From an uncultured delta proteobacterium (GTDB taxonomy: Bacteria; Desulfobacterota; RBG-13-43-22), in assembly GCA_963843145.1 (NCBI GenBank), contig CAWJJC010000023.1, positions 32,001 to 96,000 of the forward strand: a stretch of DNA of 64,000 nucleotides, written 5' to 3'. Of this stretch, positions 1 through 9,609 are shown piece after piece. Below the pieces are notes generated by a model. The model did not search any database. It was given only the letters and a program-made list of their open reading frames with translations, and was not told the DNA's origin. Made by a program: the position numbers and the translations under genes. Position 1 is the stretch's first letter. Each line of letters begins with the position of its first letter.

Positions 1-318
1 ATTAATATCCTCAAGGCGACGGTGCGCCCGAAGGAAGAGGGCCGTTTGGTGATTGAATTGAACGGCAATAAAGAGGCGGTAAGTCGCGGCTTAAATTACC
101 TGAAGGAGATCGGGATCCAGGTGGAACCCCTGGCCCAGGAAGTCCGCTATCTAAAAGACCGCTGCGCCCATTGCACGGCCTGTATCCCCCACTGCCCCAC
201 CGAGGCGCTCTCTCTCGACCGGGAGGAAATGAAAGTTTCCTTTCACGGCGAGCGCTGTATCATCTGTGAGGCCTGTTTGCCCGTCTGCTCCTACAAGGCT
301 ATGGAGATCCAGTTTTAG
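1..318 (+). CDS. NIL domain plus 2x[4Fe-4S] ferredoxin protein (5' partial)
   Basis: Frame is open from base 1 (INILKATVRPKEEG, NIL-like). Carries CAHCTACIPHCP and CIICEACLPVCS ferredoxin motifs. Confidence 0.85.
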   Translation: MNILKATVRPKEEGRLVIELNGNKEAVSRGLNYLKEIGIQVEPLAQEVRYLKDRCAHCTACIPHCPTEALSLDREEMKVSFHGERCIICEACLPVCSYKAMEIQF

Positions 319-405
319 TCGCCCCGGGAACTGAAACGGGAGGCAAAAAGGGAATGAAAGCGAAAAACGCTGCTAAATAGAGACGGATTTGGAACCTTTA
401 CACTC

Positions 406-434
406 AGGGCGGGGGGAAAACCCCCGCCCTTTTC
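406..434 (+). terminator. Rho-independent terminator between convergent genes
   Basis: AGGGCGGGGG-GAAAA-CCCCCGCCCT hairpin followed by a T run. Confidence 0.75.
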
Positions 435-460
435 GTTTGAGTCTCTTTCGCCGGTTCGGA

Positions 461-1258
461 CTATTTCTCGGGCCATTCCAGCCGAATGTCCCGACCCAGA
501 AAATCCCGGGCGATGGTTTGGGCATTCGGGGTGAGGTCCGACACAAAAAAACGATGCCCCCCTTCAGCCCCTTCGGCGGCCGACAGCGTCCCGGCGACGG
601 CCGGGTTTTCTTCCAGATAGGTCTTTACCCAACCCGCCACCTCCTCCGAAGAATCAATCACCCGAACGCGGCGTCCGATCTTGTTCTGGATAATCGGTTT
701 AAGCAGGGGATAATGGGTGCAACCCAGCACCAGGGCGTCGAGCTGCCTCAGTTTCAACGGGAAGAGGTATTTCCGAACGATCTGCTTGGTTTCCGGGCGC
801 TTCAGCCAACCTTCCTCCACCAAAGGCACCAGCAGGGGGCAGGCCTGGGAAAATACCTGGATATCACCCCGCAAGGTTTTTAGAGAGCGTTCATAGACAC
901 CGCTGCCGATAGTCGCCCGAGTACCGATGACTCCCACCCGCAAATTGCGGGTCACTTCCAGCGTCCTTTTTACCGCAGGGGCGATGACTTCGAAAATCGG
1001 GACATCATATCTTTCCCGGAGGATATCCGCAGCCACCGACGAAACGGAATTACAGGCGATGACAATAATCTTGGCTCCCTGAGCCAAAAGAAATTCCATA
1101 TCCTCGATGGCGTATTCGGTGATGGTTTTAGGACTTTTGGTGCCGTAAGGGGTCCGAGCCGTATCCCCGAAATAGACGATCCGATATTCGGGAAGTTGCT
1201 CCAATATTTCGCGCACCACGGTTAATCCGCCGATGCCGGAATCAAAAATGCCGATCAT
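461..1258 (-). CDS. murI: Glutamate racemase
   Basis: IGIFDSGIGGLTV, IACNS and LGCTHYP motifs. Confidence 0.97.
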   Translation of the reverse strand: MIGIFDSGIGGLTVVREILEQLPEYRIVYFGDTARTPYGTKSPKTITEYAIEDMEFLLAQGAKIIVIACNSVSSVAADILRERYDVPIFEVIAPAVKRTLEVTRNLRVGVIGTRATIGSGVYERSLKTLRGDIQVFSQACPLLVPLVEEGWLKRPETKQIVRKYLFPLKLRQLDALVLGCTHYPLLKPIIQNKIGRRVRVIDSSEEVAGWVKTYLEENPAVAGTLSAAEGAEGGHRFFVSDLTPNAQTIARDFLGRDIRLEWPEK

Positions 1259-1434
1259 GTCTCCTCACATCCTTTTGTTTTTGACAGCTAAACAGATATT
1301 CGGTTACCTGTCAAGATGATAGCCTCGGGCGGGAAGGATCTTGCTGAACGTCCCCAGGGACATTTGAACTGAACAGCCGAACCCTGCGGCCCTGCCAGGC
1401 CGCTCTGATTAACGCCCGGTCTTCGATTTCATCC

Positions 1435-1464
1435 TTGACAGAATCTCTGGCCCCTTGTTATTTT
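1435..1464 (+). promoter_or_regulatory. Putative sigma-70 promoter
   Basis: TTGACA with an AT-rich -10 box (TG-T-TATTTT) upstream of the deacetylase gene. Confidence 0.45.
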
Positions 1465-1492
1465 ATATTGTTATATTTCTTAGGACCGCTTC

Positions 1493-2527
1493 ATGAAAAC
1501 CGGCATTGTTCGAGAACCCATCTACCTGGAGCATCTGCGGGGCTTCCCCCATGTGGAGAGTCCCCGCCGTTTGGAAGTACTCTATGACCTGCTCGACCGA
1601 AATTTTTCCGGACGTCTTTATCCGGTGTCTTCCCGGGAGGCCGCTCCGGAGGTACTCGCGGCCATCCATACCCCGGATCATATCCGTCGAGTAGCGGCGA
1701 CAGCCGGCCGGAATCATGTTTCTTTAGACCCGGACACCCAAACCACGGCCCAATCCTATGAGGCCGCCATTCACGCCGCGGGCGGGTTGACGGCCTTGAT
1801 CGACGCCTTGCTGGATGGTGAAATCGAAAATGGATTTGCCCTGGTGAGGCCCCCGGGACATCATGCCGAAGCCCAACGGGCCATGGGTTTTTGTTTGTTC
1901 AACAATGTCGCTATAGGAACCGCCTATGCCCGACAGCGGCGCGGGCTGGAACGCATCCTGATCGTCGACTGGGACCTCCATCATGGAAACGGTACCCAGC
2001 ATTCCTTCTGGAACAGTCCGGAGGTCCTTTATTTCTCCACTCACCAGTACCCCTATTATCCGGGTACCGGAGGTTTGCAGGAAGTGGGCGGGAAAGAGGC
2101 GCCGGGGTTTACGGTCAACGTTCCCCTCTCGAGCGGCTGTCTGGATGAAGACTTTGCCCAGATTTTTGAACGGATACTGGTCCCCATCGGGAGGCAATTC
2201 AAACCCGAATTGATCTTAATCTCCGCCGGCTTTGACACCTACTATGAAGATCCCCTGGGGGCCATGATGGTCACCCCCAAGGGTTTTGCCCGTCTGACCC
2301 GCATTGTCCAGGGATTAGCTAAAGAGGTTTGTGGGGGGCGGCTGTTATTGGCCTTGGAAGGCGGGTATCACCTGAATGGCTTGCGCCAATCAGTCCTGGC
2401 GGTCTTAAAGGAACTTCAAGGGGACTCCGTCTTGTCTCCCGAAGAAACCGCGGCGGACAACCGGGCCGACTTAGCCGTCGTGCGGCAGGTCTGGAATGTC
2501 CAACAGCATTATTGGAAAAGAGGTTAA
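1493..2527 (+). CDS. Histone deacetylase family (Zn-dependent) protein
   Basis: RPPGHHA, GFCLFNN, DWDLHHGNGTQ, SAGFD and LEGGY motifs. Confidence 0.95.
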   Translation: MKTGIVREPIYLEHLRGFPHVESPRRLEVLYDLLDRNFSGRLYPVSSREAAPEVLAAIHTPDHIRRVAATAGRNHVSLDPDTQTTAQSYEAAIHAAGGLTALIDALLDGEIENGFALVRPPGHHAEAQRAMGFCLFNNVAIGTAYARQRRGLERILIVDWDLHHGNGTQHSFWNSPEVLYFSTHQYPYYPGTGGLQEVGGKEAPGFTVNVPLSSGCLDEDFAQIFERILVPIGRQFKPELILISAGFDTYYEDPLGAMMVTPKGFARLTRIVQGLAKEVCGGRLLLALEGGYHLNGLRQSVLAVLKELQGDSVLSPEETAADNRADLAVVRQVWNVQQHYWKRG

Positions 2528-2535
2528 TAGCGAAT

Positions 2536-2820
2536 ATGTTTCTTTCAAATGAAGAAGTGCTGCACATCGCCCAACTGGCTCGGCTGCAATTAAACCCGGA
2601 GGAGGTCGGCCCGATTGCCCGACAGATGAACGACATTCTGATTTATATGGAGAAATTGAATGAACTGGACACCAGCGGTGTCGAAGCTACCTCCCACGCC
2701 CTCCATTTGGCGAATGCCTTTCGTGAAGATCAGGTCCAATCCTCCTTGCCGGTAGAGGAATCCCTGGCCCTCGCCCCGGAACAGGGTCGATCCGCCTTCG
2801 TCGTGCCGAAGGTTATTTGA
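2536..2820 (+). CDS. gatC: Asp/Glu-tRNA amidotransferase subunit C
   Basis: 94 aa, HIAQLARL ... LNELDTSGV ... FVVPKVI, directly upstream of gatA. Start reassigned to the ATG at 2536. Confidence 0.95.
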   Translation: MFLSNEEVLHIAQLARLQLNPEEVGPIARQMNDILIYMEKLNELDTSGVEATSHALHLANAFREDQVQSSLPVEESLALAPEQGRSAFVVPKVI

Positions 2821-2832
2821 GGTCATCATATA

Positions 2833-4293
2833 ATGACGCTTCCCTTTGAACTGACTATTGCCCAGGCCCACGAATTTCTGACCAAACGAGAAATCAGCTC
2901 CGTCGAATTGACCCGGGCGGTCCTGGACCGGATAACCCGGGTGGAACCTCAGATCGGCGCTTTTATCACCGTGACCCCGGAAGCGGCCCTCAAGCAGGCT
3001 GAAGCAGCCGATCGGCGCATCGCTGCCGGACAAATTCTTCCCCTGACCGGTATCCCCCTGGCCATCAAGGATTTAATCTCCACCAAGGGACTTCGGACCA
3101 CCTGTGCGTCACGGATACTGGAAAACTACGTCCCGCCCTACGATGCTACGGTCATCACCCGTCTTCAAGACCTGGACGCGGTAATGGTCGGGAAAGCGAA
3201 CCTGGATGAATTTGCCATGGGCTCTTCAACGGAGAATTCCGCTCTACAGGTGACCCGGAATCCCTGGAACGCGGATTATATCCCCGGCGGATCCAGCGGG
3301 GGTTCGGCAGCGGCGGTAGCCGCCGGGGAGTGTCTAGGGGCTTTGGGTTCGGACACCGGGGGCTCCATCCGCCAACCGGCGGCCCATTGCGGGGTGGTGG
3401 GGCTGAAACCCACCTACGGACGGGTATCCCGCTACGGGTTGGTAGCTTACGCCTCCTCTTTGGATCAGATCGGCCCTTTAGCCAAAACCGTGGCCGACTG
3501 TGCGCTTCTCCTTCAGGCCCTGGCCGGGCATGATCCCCGGGACTCCACCTCGGTACCGCGGGAAGTGCCCGATTACCCCGCTTCCCTGAATCAGGGAATC
3601 CAGAACCGTATGATCGGCATCCCGAAGGAATATTTCGTCGAAGGAATGGACCCGGAAGTCGAACAGGCCATCCGGCAAGCCATTAGGGTTTTAGAGAAAG
3701 AGGGAGCTCGCTGCCAGGAAATAACCCTGCCCCATACTGAGTACGCCATCGCGGTTTATTATATCATCGCCACGGCCGAAGCCAGTTCCAACCTGGCCCG
3801 TTATGACGGGGTTAAATACGGTTTCAGGGAAAGGGAGAGCCGAAAATTGATGGACATGGTTCAGAAAACCCGTTCCCTGGGGTTTGGTCCCGAAGTGGTC
3901 AGGCGGATCATGTTGGGAACCTACGTGCTTTCAGCGGGATATTATGACGCCTATTTTCGGAAGGCCTCTCAGGTCAGGACCCTGATCAGCCAGGATTTTC
4001 GTCAAGCCTTTGATCAGGTGGATCTGATACTCACTCCCGTAGCCCCCACCACGGCCTTTCGGCGGGGGGAAAAAACCGACGATCCGTTGAAAATGTACCT
4101 GACGGACATCTTTACCATTTCGGCCAACCTGGCCGGCATTCCCGGTCTGGCCCTGCCCTGCGGTTTCAATTCTCAGGGATTGCCCATCGGCCTGCAAATC
4201 TTAGGCAACCATTTTGAGGAAGAAAAAATTCTCCAGGCCGGGTCGGCCTTCGAACAGGCCACGGATTTTCACCTCCGCCGCCCACCCCTCTAA
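2833..4293 (+). CDS. gatA: Asp/Glu-tRNA amidotransferase subunit A
   Basis: Amidase signature [34 protein letters not shown] and RRIMLGTY. Confidence 0.97.
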   Translation: MTLPFELTIAQAHEFLTKREISSVELTRAVLDRITRVEPQIGAFITVTPEAALKQAEAADRRIAAGQILPLTGIPLAIKDLISTKGLRTTCASRILENYVPPYDATVITRLQDLDAVMVGKANLDEFAMGSSTENSALQVTRNPWNADYIPGGSSGGSAAAVAAGECLGALGSDTGGSIRQPAAHCGVVGLKPTYGRVSRYGLVAYASSLDQIGPLAKTVADCALLLQALAGHDPRDSTSVPREVPDYPASLNQGIQNRMIGIPKEYFVEGMDPEVEQAIRQAIRVLEKEGARCQEITLPHTEYAIAVYYIIATAEASSNLARYDGVKYGFRERESRKLMDMVQKTRSLGFGPEVVRRIMLGTYVLSAGYYDAYFRKASQVRTLISQDFRQAFDQVDLILTPVAPTTAFRRGEKTDDPLKMYLTDIFTISANLAGIPGLALPCGFNSQGLPIGLQILGNHFEEEKILQAGSAFEQATDFHLRRPPL

Positions 4294-4430
4294 AAACGCC
4301 GGGCGCAGAGCGCGGAGCGCTTGGCGCGGGATAACGGAAGTAATGGAAGAAGGGCCTGAGGAGGAATAATGGATTGAAGGGTGCGGCCGTTTTTGGCCTT
4401 GCGCTCCGCGCTCTGCGCCCAGCGTTTTTA
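4291..4430. repeat. 30-bp inverted repeat built from GCGC heptamers, overlapping the stop codons of both convergent genes
   Basis: 4291-4320 TAAAAACGCCGGGCGCAGAGCGCGGAGCGC matches the reverse complement of 4401-4430 at 29 of 30 positions. Confidence 0.85.
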
Positions 4431-4898
4431 TGGTTGTTCCGCCTGCTCCAGGATCTCTCCCATCGCGCAGGCCGTGTCCCCTACCAATTTTCTACAGAGT
4501 TGGCGTCGCCCATTGGGGCCGGAGTAAAAAGCCTTCACTGCTTCCCGGTCCGACCAGTTGACCTGGGCGATATTCCGGCAATCCACTCCACCGTATTCTT
4601 TGGTCAGGTCCTCAAACCGCTTAGCCAATTTATAATTCAGGCGCCACATAAGGGGATGGTCCTTCTCCTCCGGGCGATCCTTGCCATAGAGGCTGGAAAG
4701 AAAGGCTATGCCTCCGGTCAGGCAGCCACAGACCCTTCCGGTGCTGGCGACCCCGCCGCCGAAGGCGCCCACGGCTTTTATCAGGGTTTCATCCTCTTGG
4801 TTCATTTTTTCCTGGCCCACGGCCAGAACGGCCTGGCTTCAGTGAAACCCTTTTGAAAAAAGGTTTTCCGCTTTTTGACGCATCTCTTCAGGGGTCAT
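4428..4898 (-). CDS. C-GCAxxG-C-C family selenoprotein (Sec at codon 20)
   Basis: SD GAGGAG and ATG at 4898 give MTPEEMRQKAENLFSKGFH-TGA-SQAV, in frame with the GAFGGG ... VCGCLTGG ... DCR ... LCR ORF. A hairpin follows the TGA. Confidence 0.85.
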
Positions 4899-4930
4899 CC
4901 TCGTCTCCTCCAACCATCTTTTCGCTTCAA

Positions 4931-5725
4931 TTAGGAACGATTACGCTCGTAGATAATCCGTAGGCCCTCCAGGGTCAAATAACTGTCCACCGCCTCGATG
5001 GTCTTGGACTCCGAAGCGATCAGCGGGGCCAGCCCCCCGGTGGCGATTACTTTGGGCCGCTGGGGGACGGCCGCCATGATCCGCTCGACCAAGCCGTCCA
5101 CCAGGCCGGTATAACCATAAATAATGCCCACATTCATGCTGCTGATGGTGTCTTTGGCCAATACGGTTTTGGGTTTGGAGAAAATTTCCACTCGGGGGAG
5201 CTTGGAGGCCTTCTGAAAAAGGGCCTCACAGGATATCAGGATACCCGGGGCAATCGCACCCCCCAAATACTCCCCCTTATCGGAAACATAATCAAAGGTG
5301 GTGGCCGTCCCAAAATCCACTACGATCAAGTTCGTTCGGTATTTTTCGTAGGCCGCCACGGCATTGACAATCCGGTCCGCCCCGACCTCTTTAGGGTTGT
5401 CGTAATAGATGGGCATACCGGTTTTTATTCCCGGCCCCACAAAAAGCGGATGCAGGCTGAAATACCGCAGTCCGAATTCCTCCAGGGTGTTCAGCATGGG
5501 AGGCACCACGCAGGAAATGATCAGGTCGTTCACCTGGGAAAGACCCAGGCTGCGACTGGCGAACAGGTTGCCGATCAGGATGCCCATTTCATCCAAGGTC
5601 CCGTCTCGTTCGGTGCGAATCCGCCAGTCACACACCCGCTCTTTCTGCCGATAGACCCCCAGGACCGTGTTGGTATTCCCCACGTCCATTACCAGTAACA
5701 GGTCTTTGGACGACGTCCTAGGCAT
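4931..5725 (-). CDS. coaX: Type III pantothenate kinase
   Basis: [28 protein letters not shown] and ATGG motifs. Confidence 0.96.
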   Translation of the reverse strand: MPRTSSKDLLLVMDVGNTNTVLGVYRQKERVCDWRIRTERDGTLDEMGILIGNLFASRSLGLSQVNDLIISCVVPPMLNTLEEFGLRYFSLHPLFVGPGIKTGMPIYYDNPKEVGADRIVNAVAAYEKYRTNLIVVDFGTATTFDYVSDKGEYLGGAIAPGILISCEALFQKASKLPRVEIFSKPKTVLAKDTISSMNVGIIYGYTGLVDGLVERIMAAVPQRPKVIATGGLAPLIASESKTIEAVDSYLTLEGLRIIYERNRS

Positions 5726-7073
5726 TGAATTCCCTTTCAATAACCTGGGCTGTTTCCTCGGCCAGCAAAGCAATTAAGGCCTCATTCTCCCCTTCCAGCA
5801 TCACCCGGACTAAGGGTTCCGTTCCTGAAAAGCGGACCAGGATCCGGCCCTTTTCCCCTAATTTCTTTTCCACTTTTTGAATCTGCTGGGTGACGGCGGG
5901 AAAGCGCTCCAGGCTTTTTCGTTCCCTGATCCGGACGTTGATCAATTTCTGGGGATATTTTTCCATGATATCGGAAAGGTCCGAGAGACTTTTTTCCTCC
6001 TGCTGCATGATGGCCAAGACCTGCAAGGCGCTGAGGATCCCGTCTCCGGTGGTGTTATGGTCCAAAAATATCAGGTGCCCGGATTGCTCTCCTCCTAAAT
6101 TGCATCCTCTCCTGACCATCTCCTCCACCACGTAGCGGTCCCCCACCTGGGTGCGTACCAGCCGGATGCCCTGCTGCCGCAGGGCCACTTCCAATCCCAA
6201 ATTGCTCATCACCGTGGCCACCAGGGTATTCTTTTTCAAACGCTTTTCCTTGAACATTCGATTCGCGCAAATGGCCATCACCTGGTCACCGTCGATCATT
6301 TCGCCGTTTTCATCCACCAGGATCACCCGATCCCCATCCCCATCAAAGCTGATGCCCAGATCGGCCTTCTTCTTTCGGACCATGGCGCCGACCAGACCGG
6401 GATAAAGGGCGCCGCAATTTTTGTTGATATTTTCACCGTTGGGTTTAGCCCCCAGCAGCGTGACCCTGGCCCCCAGCTCCTCAAAAACGGTCGGTGCCAC
6501 CCGATAGGTTGCGCCGTGGGCGCAATCCAAAACCAGGTGCAGCCCTTCCAGGGTTAATTCCTGGGGAAAGGTATTTTTCAGGAAAACGATATAGCGGCCG
6601 ATGGCATCCTCGATCCGAAAGGCCTTGCCCACCTGGTTGGCGGTGATCCCGGGTACCGCCAGGGTTTCCGAGAACATGAGCGCCTCAATCCGTTCCTCCA
6701 CCTCATCCGGAAGTTTAAAACCGTTTCGCGAAAAAATTTTTATCCCGTTGTCCTGATAAGCGTTGTGAGAGGCGGAAATGACAATCCCGGCGTCGGCCCG
6801 CATGCTCTGGGTTAAAAAGGCGATCCCCGGCGTGGGCAAAGGCCCGATCAAAAGAACGTCCCCTCCCATAGAACAGATCCCGGCCGTAATGGCATTTTCC
6901 AGCATATACCCGGAAAGGCGGGTATCCTTGCCCACCACGATCTTGTGCCGCCGCGTTTTGTCCTTAAAGATATAAGCGCAGCCCTTGCCTAATTGTAAGG
7001 CCACTTCCGTGGTCATGGGGTGGACATTGGCCACTCCGCGAATGCCGTCGGTTCCAAAAAGCTTTCGCATCAC
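5718..7073 (-). CDS. glmM: Phosphoglucosamine mutase
   Basis: [20 protein letters not shown] and GGEQSGH motifs. Confidence 0.97.
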   Translation of the reverse strand: MMRKLFGTDGIRGVANVHPMTTEVALQLGKGCAYIFKDKTRRHKIVVGKDTRLSGYMLENAITAGICSMGGDVLLIGPLPTPGIAFLTQSMRADAGIVISASHNAYQDNGIKIFSRNGFKLPDEVEERIEALMFSETLAVPGITANQVGKAFRIEDAIGRYIVFLKNTFPQELTLEGLHLVLDCAHGATYRVAPTVFEELGARVTLLGAKPNGENINKNCGALYPGLVGAMVRKKKADLGISFDGDGDRVILVDENGEMIDGDQVMAICANRMFKEKRLKKNTLVATVMSNLGLEVALRQQGIRLVRTQVGDRYVVEEMVRRGCNLGGEQSGHLIFLDHNTTGDGILSALQVLAIMQQEEKSLSDLSDIMEKYPQKLINVRIRERKSLERFPAVTQQIQKVEKKLGEKGRILVRFSGTEPLVRVMLEGENEALIALLAEETAQVIEREFNA

Positions 7074-7079
7074 TCCTCC

Positions 7080-7757
7080 TTAGGGGGTACCGATTTTCTT
7101 GATCTTAACTTCCACTTCAACGGTCTGGTTTCGAGACAAATGGATCTGCAGGGAACGGAAGTCCAAATTAACTTCCTGAACCAGGGATTCCTGCCGACCA
7201 CCGATATCAACGGGCTTGGTGGAAAGATTTTCCAGATCCTTGATTACTTCTTCCGATCCGGACACTTCCACCTCTTCCGGCCGGATCCTGACCGATTCCA
7301 CTTCATAACCGCTCGCCGGTCGCCCGATGACCCGGGCCCGGACCGGGATCATTTTTTTTATTTGTTTTTGCAGGACCACCACCACCTGGGTGGGATGAAT
7401 ACGGGTAACGGCCACCCCCCGGGGAAGCCGAATTCCCTCCGAGGAGATGGAATAGGTAATCGTTCCGGCCCTGGTGTTGGACAGATCGAGGCTTTTGCTC
7501 AAGTTGCGCGTCGTCAGGGAACGGATCAAACTGCGCGGTCCGTTGACCCGGATGTCGATCCCCTGGGGGAGGTTATTCACCACGATCATGTCCCGAGGCA
7601 TGTTCACCAATTCCAAAGGGATGGTCAATCCCACTTCGGCCCGCTCCTCGCCGACCACTAAGAACCAGAGAATGACCGCCAAGACCAGGGCTAAAATTTT
7701 AAAAATTATGTTTCTCAACCCTGGGAACCTCCGGTTTTTCGGGGGCCGAACAGCCAA
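7080..7757 (-). CDS. cdaR: CdaR/YbbR-like diadenylate cyclase regulator
   Basis: N-terminal TM segment KILALVLAVILWF, YbbR-type beta repeats, and position between cdaA and glmM. Start is approximate. Confidence 0.85.
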   Translation of the reverse strand: MAVRPPKNRRFPGLRNIIFKILALVLAVILWFLVVGEERAEVGLTIPLELVNMPRDMIVVNNLPQGIDIRVNGPRSLIRSLTTRNLSKSLDLSNTRAGTITYSISSEGIRLPRGVAVTRIHPTQVVVVLQKQIKKMIPVRARVIGRPASGYEVESVRIRPEEVEVSGSEEVIKDLENLSTKPVDIGGRQESLVQEVNLDFRSLQIHLSRNQTVEVEVKIKKIGTP

Positions 7758-8530
7758 TAGGTGCGGGGGGCCTTTTCCTGGGTAAACAGGGTTTGCAGCA
7801 CCCGCTTCAGGGTGGTGGAATCCAACCCTCGAGTGAAACGTCCTTTAATGGCCACGGAGATCCGGCCCGTCTCCTCCGAAACCACAATCACCACCGCGTC
7901 CGTTTTTTCAGTTAGCCCCAAGGCGGCCCGATGGCGGGTGCCGTAGCTCCGACTAACCTTGGCGCTGCGGGTCAACGGGAGATAGCAGGCCACGGCGGCA
8001 ATCTGGTTATCGCGGATGATCATGGCCCCGTCATGAAGGGGGGACTGGGTGTGGAAGATACTGACGATCAGTTCCCACCTAACCCGGGCCTCCAAAGCGG
8101 TCCCGGTCTGCACGATCTCCCCCAGCCCGGTTTGCCTTTCTAAAACGATCAGGGCCCCGGTGGAATGGCTGGAAAGATAGACCGCGGCCCGGATGACCTC
8201 TTCAATCGTTTGCAGGGTCTCGGCCGTAGTTTTGACAAAAGGGCTTCGCCCTACCTGGGCCAACACCCGACGGATTTCCGACTTGAAAAGAATAATGATG
8301 ACCAAAATGATGGAACTCAGAAAGCTGCTCAGTATCCAGTTTAAGGTCAATAATTCAAGCTGGCGGGCCGCCAAAAAGGCGATAAAAATGACGAGCAAAC
8401 CGATGATGATCTGAACGGCCCGGGTGCCTTTAATAAACAGAAAAAGCTGATAAATCAGGATGGCCACCAGGAGGATATCCAGCCCATCCTGCCAACGGAT
8501 ATTAGTCAGGGTCAACCAGAGGTTGTTCAT
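7715..8530 (-). CDS. cdaA: Diadenylate cyclase
   Basis: Three TM helices plus PLHDGA, GTRHRAA and VSEETG motifs. Start reassigned to MNNLW at 8530. Confidence 0.95.
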   Translation of the reverse strand: MNNLWLTLTNIRWQDGLDILLVAILIYQLFLFIKGTRAVQIIIGLLVIFIAFLAARQLELLTLNWILSSFLSSIILVIIILFKSEIRRVLAQVGRSPFVKTTAETLQTIEEVIRAAVYLSSHSTGALIVLERQTGLGEIVQTGTALEARVRWELIVSIFHTQSPLHDGAMIIRDNQIAAVACYLPLTRSAKVSRSYGTRHRAALGLTEKTDAVVIVVSEETGRISVAIKGRFTRGLDSTTLKRVLQTLFTQEKAPRTYWLFGPRKTGGSQG

Positions 8531-9390
8531 GGGGTCGGTGCCTCCCGCAAGGCATCCACCACCTGAAGCACTTGTCGATTGGAGTCCACCCGATGAACCC
8601 GGATCATATGGGCCCCCAACCAAGCCGAAAGAGCCGAAGTGGCCGCCGTACCCCATTCCCGTTCTCCGGGAATTTGCTGACCGGTGAGCTTACCGATAAA
8701 TGATTTCCTTGAGGTTCCAATCAAAACCGGGCAGTCCAGGTCCGAAAGAATATCCAATCGTTTGATCAATAATAAATTATGCTCCCAGGTCTTGCCGAAT
8801 CCGATGCCCGGATCGATTATCACCCGGTCCCGGGCGAGGCCCTGTTGCTGGGCCCAGAACAACCTTTCCTCAAAAAAAGAGTGAACCTCTTTTAACAGAT
8901 CCCCATAGTGCGGCCGGGACTGCATATCCTGCGGAGTCCCCTGCATATGCATCAGAATAACCGGCGCTCCATGATTCCGCAACACTTCGGTCATGGCCGG
9001 ATCCAGGCGCAGCGCGCTGATATCATTGACCAGGGCCGCACCGGCGTCTAAGGCGGCCTCCGCCACCTGGGACTTATAGGTATCCACCGAAATGGGGATC
9101 GGAACCCTTTTGACCAGTTCCCGGATAACCGGAATGATGCGCTTCAGTTCCTCCTCCACCGCCAAGGGCTGTGAAAAAGGCCGGGTGGACTCTCCCCCGA
9201 TATCCAGAATATCCGCTCCCTCGGCGGCGAGGGCCTCCCCCTGGGCAACGGCCTGCTCTCGCCCGTAAAAAAGACCGCCGTCGGAAAAAGAATCAGGGGT
9301 GACATTAATCACCCCCATGATCAGAGTTCTTCCCCCAAACGACAGGTGAAAATGGTCCCACGACCACTCATATTTCTTTCGGATGACCAT
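8527..9390 (-). CDS. folP: Dihydropteroate synthase
   Basis: INVTPDSFSDGG, GGESTRP, DPGIGFGK and SRKSF motifs. Confidence 0.97.
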   Translation of the reverse strand: MVIRKKYEWSWDHFHLSFGGRTLIMGVINVTPDSFSDGGLFYGREQAVAQGEALAAEGADILDIGGESTRPFSQPLAVEEELKRIIPVIRELVKRVPIPISVDTYKSQVAEAALDAGAALVNDISALRLDPAMTEVLRNHGAPVILMHMQGTPQDMQSRPHYGDLLKEVHSFFEERLFWAQQQGLARDRVIIDPGIGFGKTWEHNLLLIKRLDILSDLDCPVLIGTSRKSFIGKLTGQQIPGEREWGTAATSALSAWLGAHMIRVHRVDSNRQVLQVVDALREAPTP

Positions 9391-9400
9391 TATTTTTTAC

Positions 9401-9609
9401 GACGCTTCGCCCTTTGGGATGGGTACCCGCCCATATCTGGTATGGCCGAAGGGTCTCGGTGGAATGGTTTGCTCCCGCCTCAGGCGGGACTTTTTAGGTT
9501 CTAACCCGCCCCCCGTGTTTTTAAATCTTCCTGGTGGCAGGGCTGGCCCGGAAGGCACTAAAAGTCTCTGCGTTTGGGCCTGCTTCAAACAAAATTAATA
9601 ACTTAGGCC
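9401..9609 (+). repeat. Inverted-repeat element family, copy 1 (lacks the right terminal repeat)
   Basis: Starts GACGCTTCGCCCTTTGGGATGGGTACC. Colinear with 28246-28440 and with the reverse complement of 31728-31830. Confidence 0.8.

Noticed and set aside
1260-1430. Possible riboswitch or ncRNA here and in the leaders at 34620-34860, 50450-50700 and 53090-53240
   Set aside because: Only short hairpins were seen, with no recognisable consensus. An Rfam scan would be needed.
7715-8530. Cyclic-nucleotide defence (CBASS-like) signalling
   Set aside because: This is the housekeeping cdaA-cdaR-glmM arrangement.
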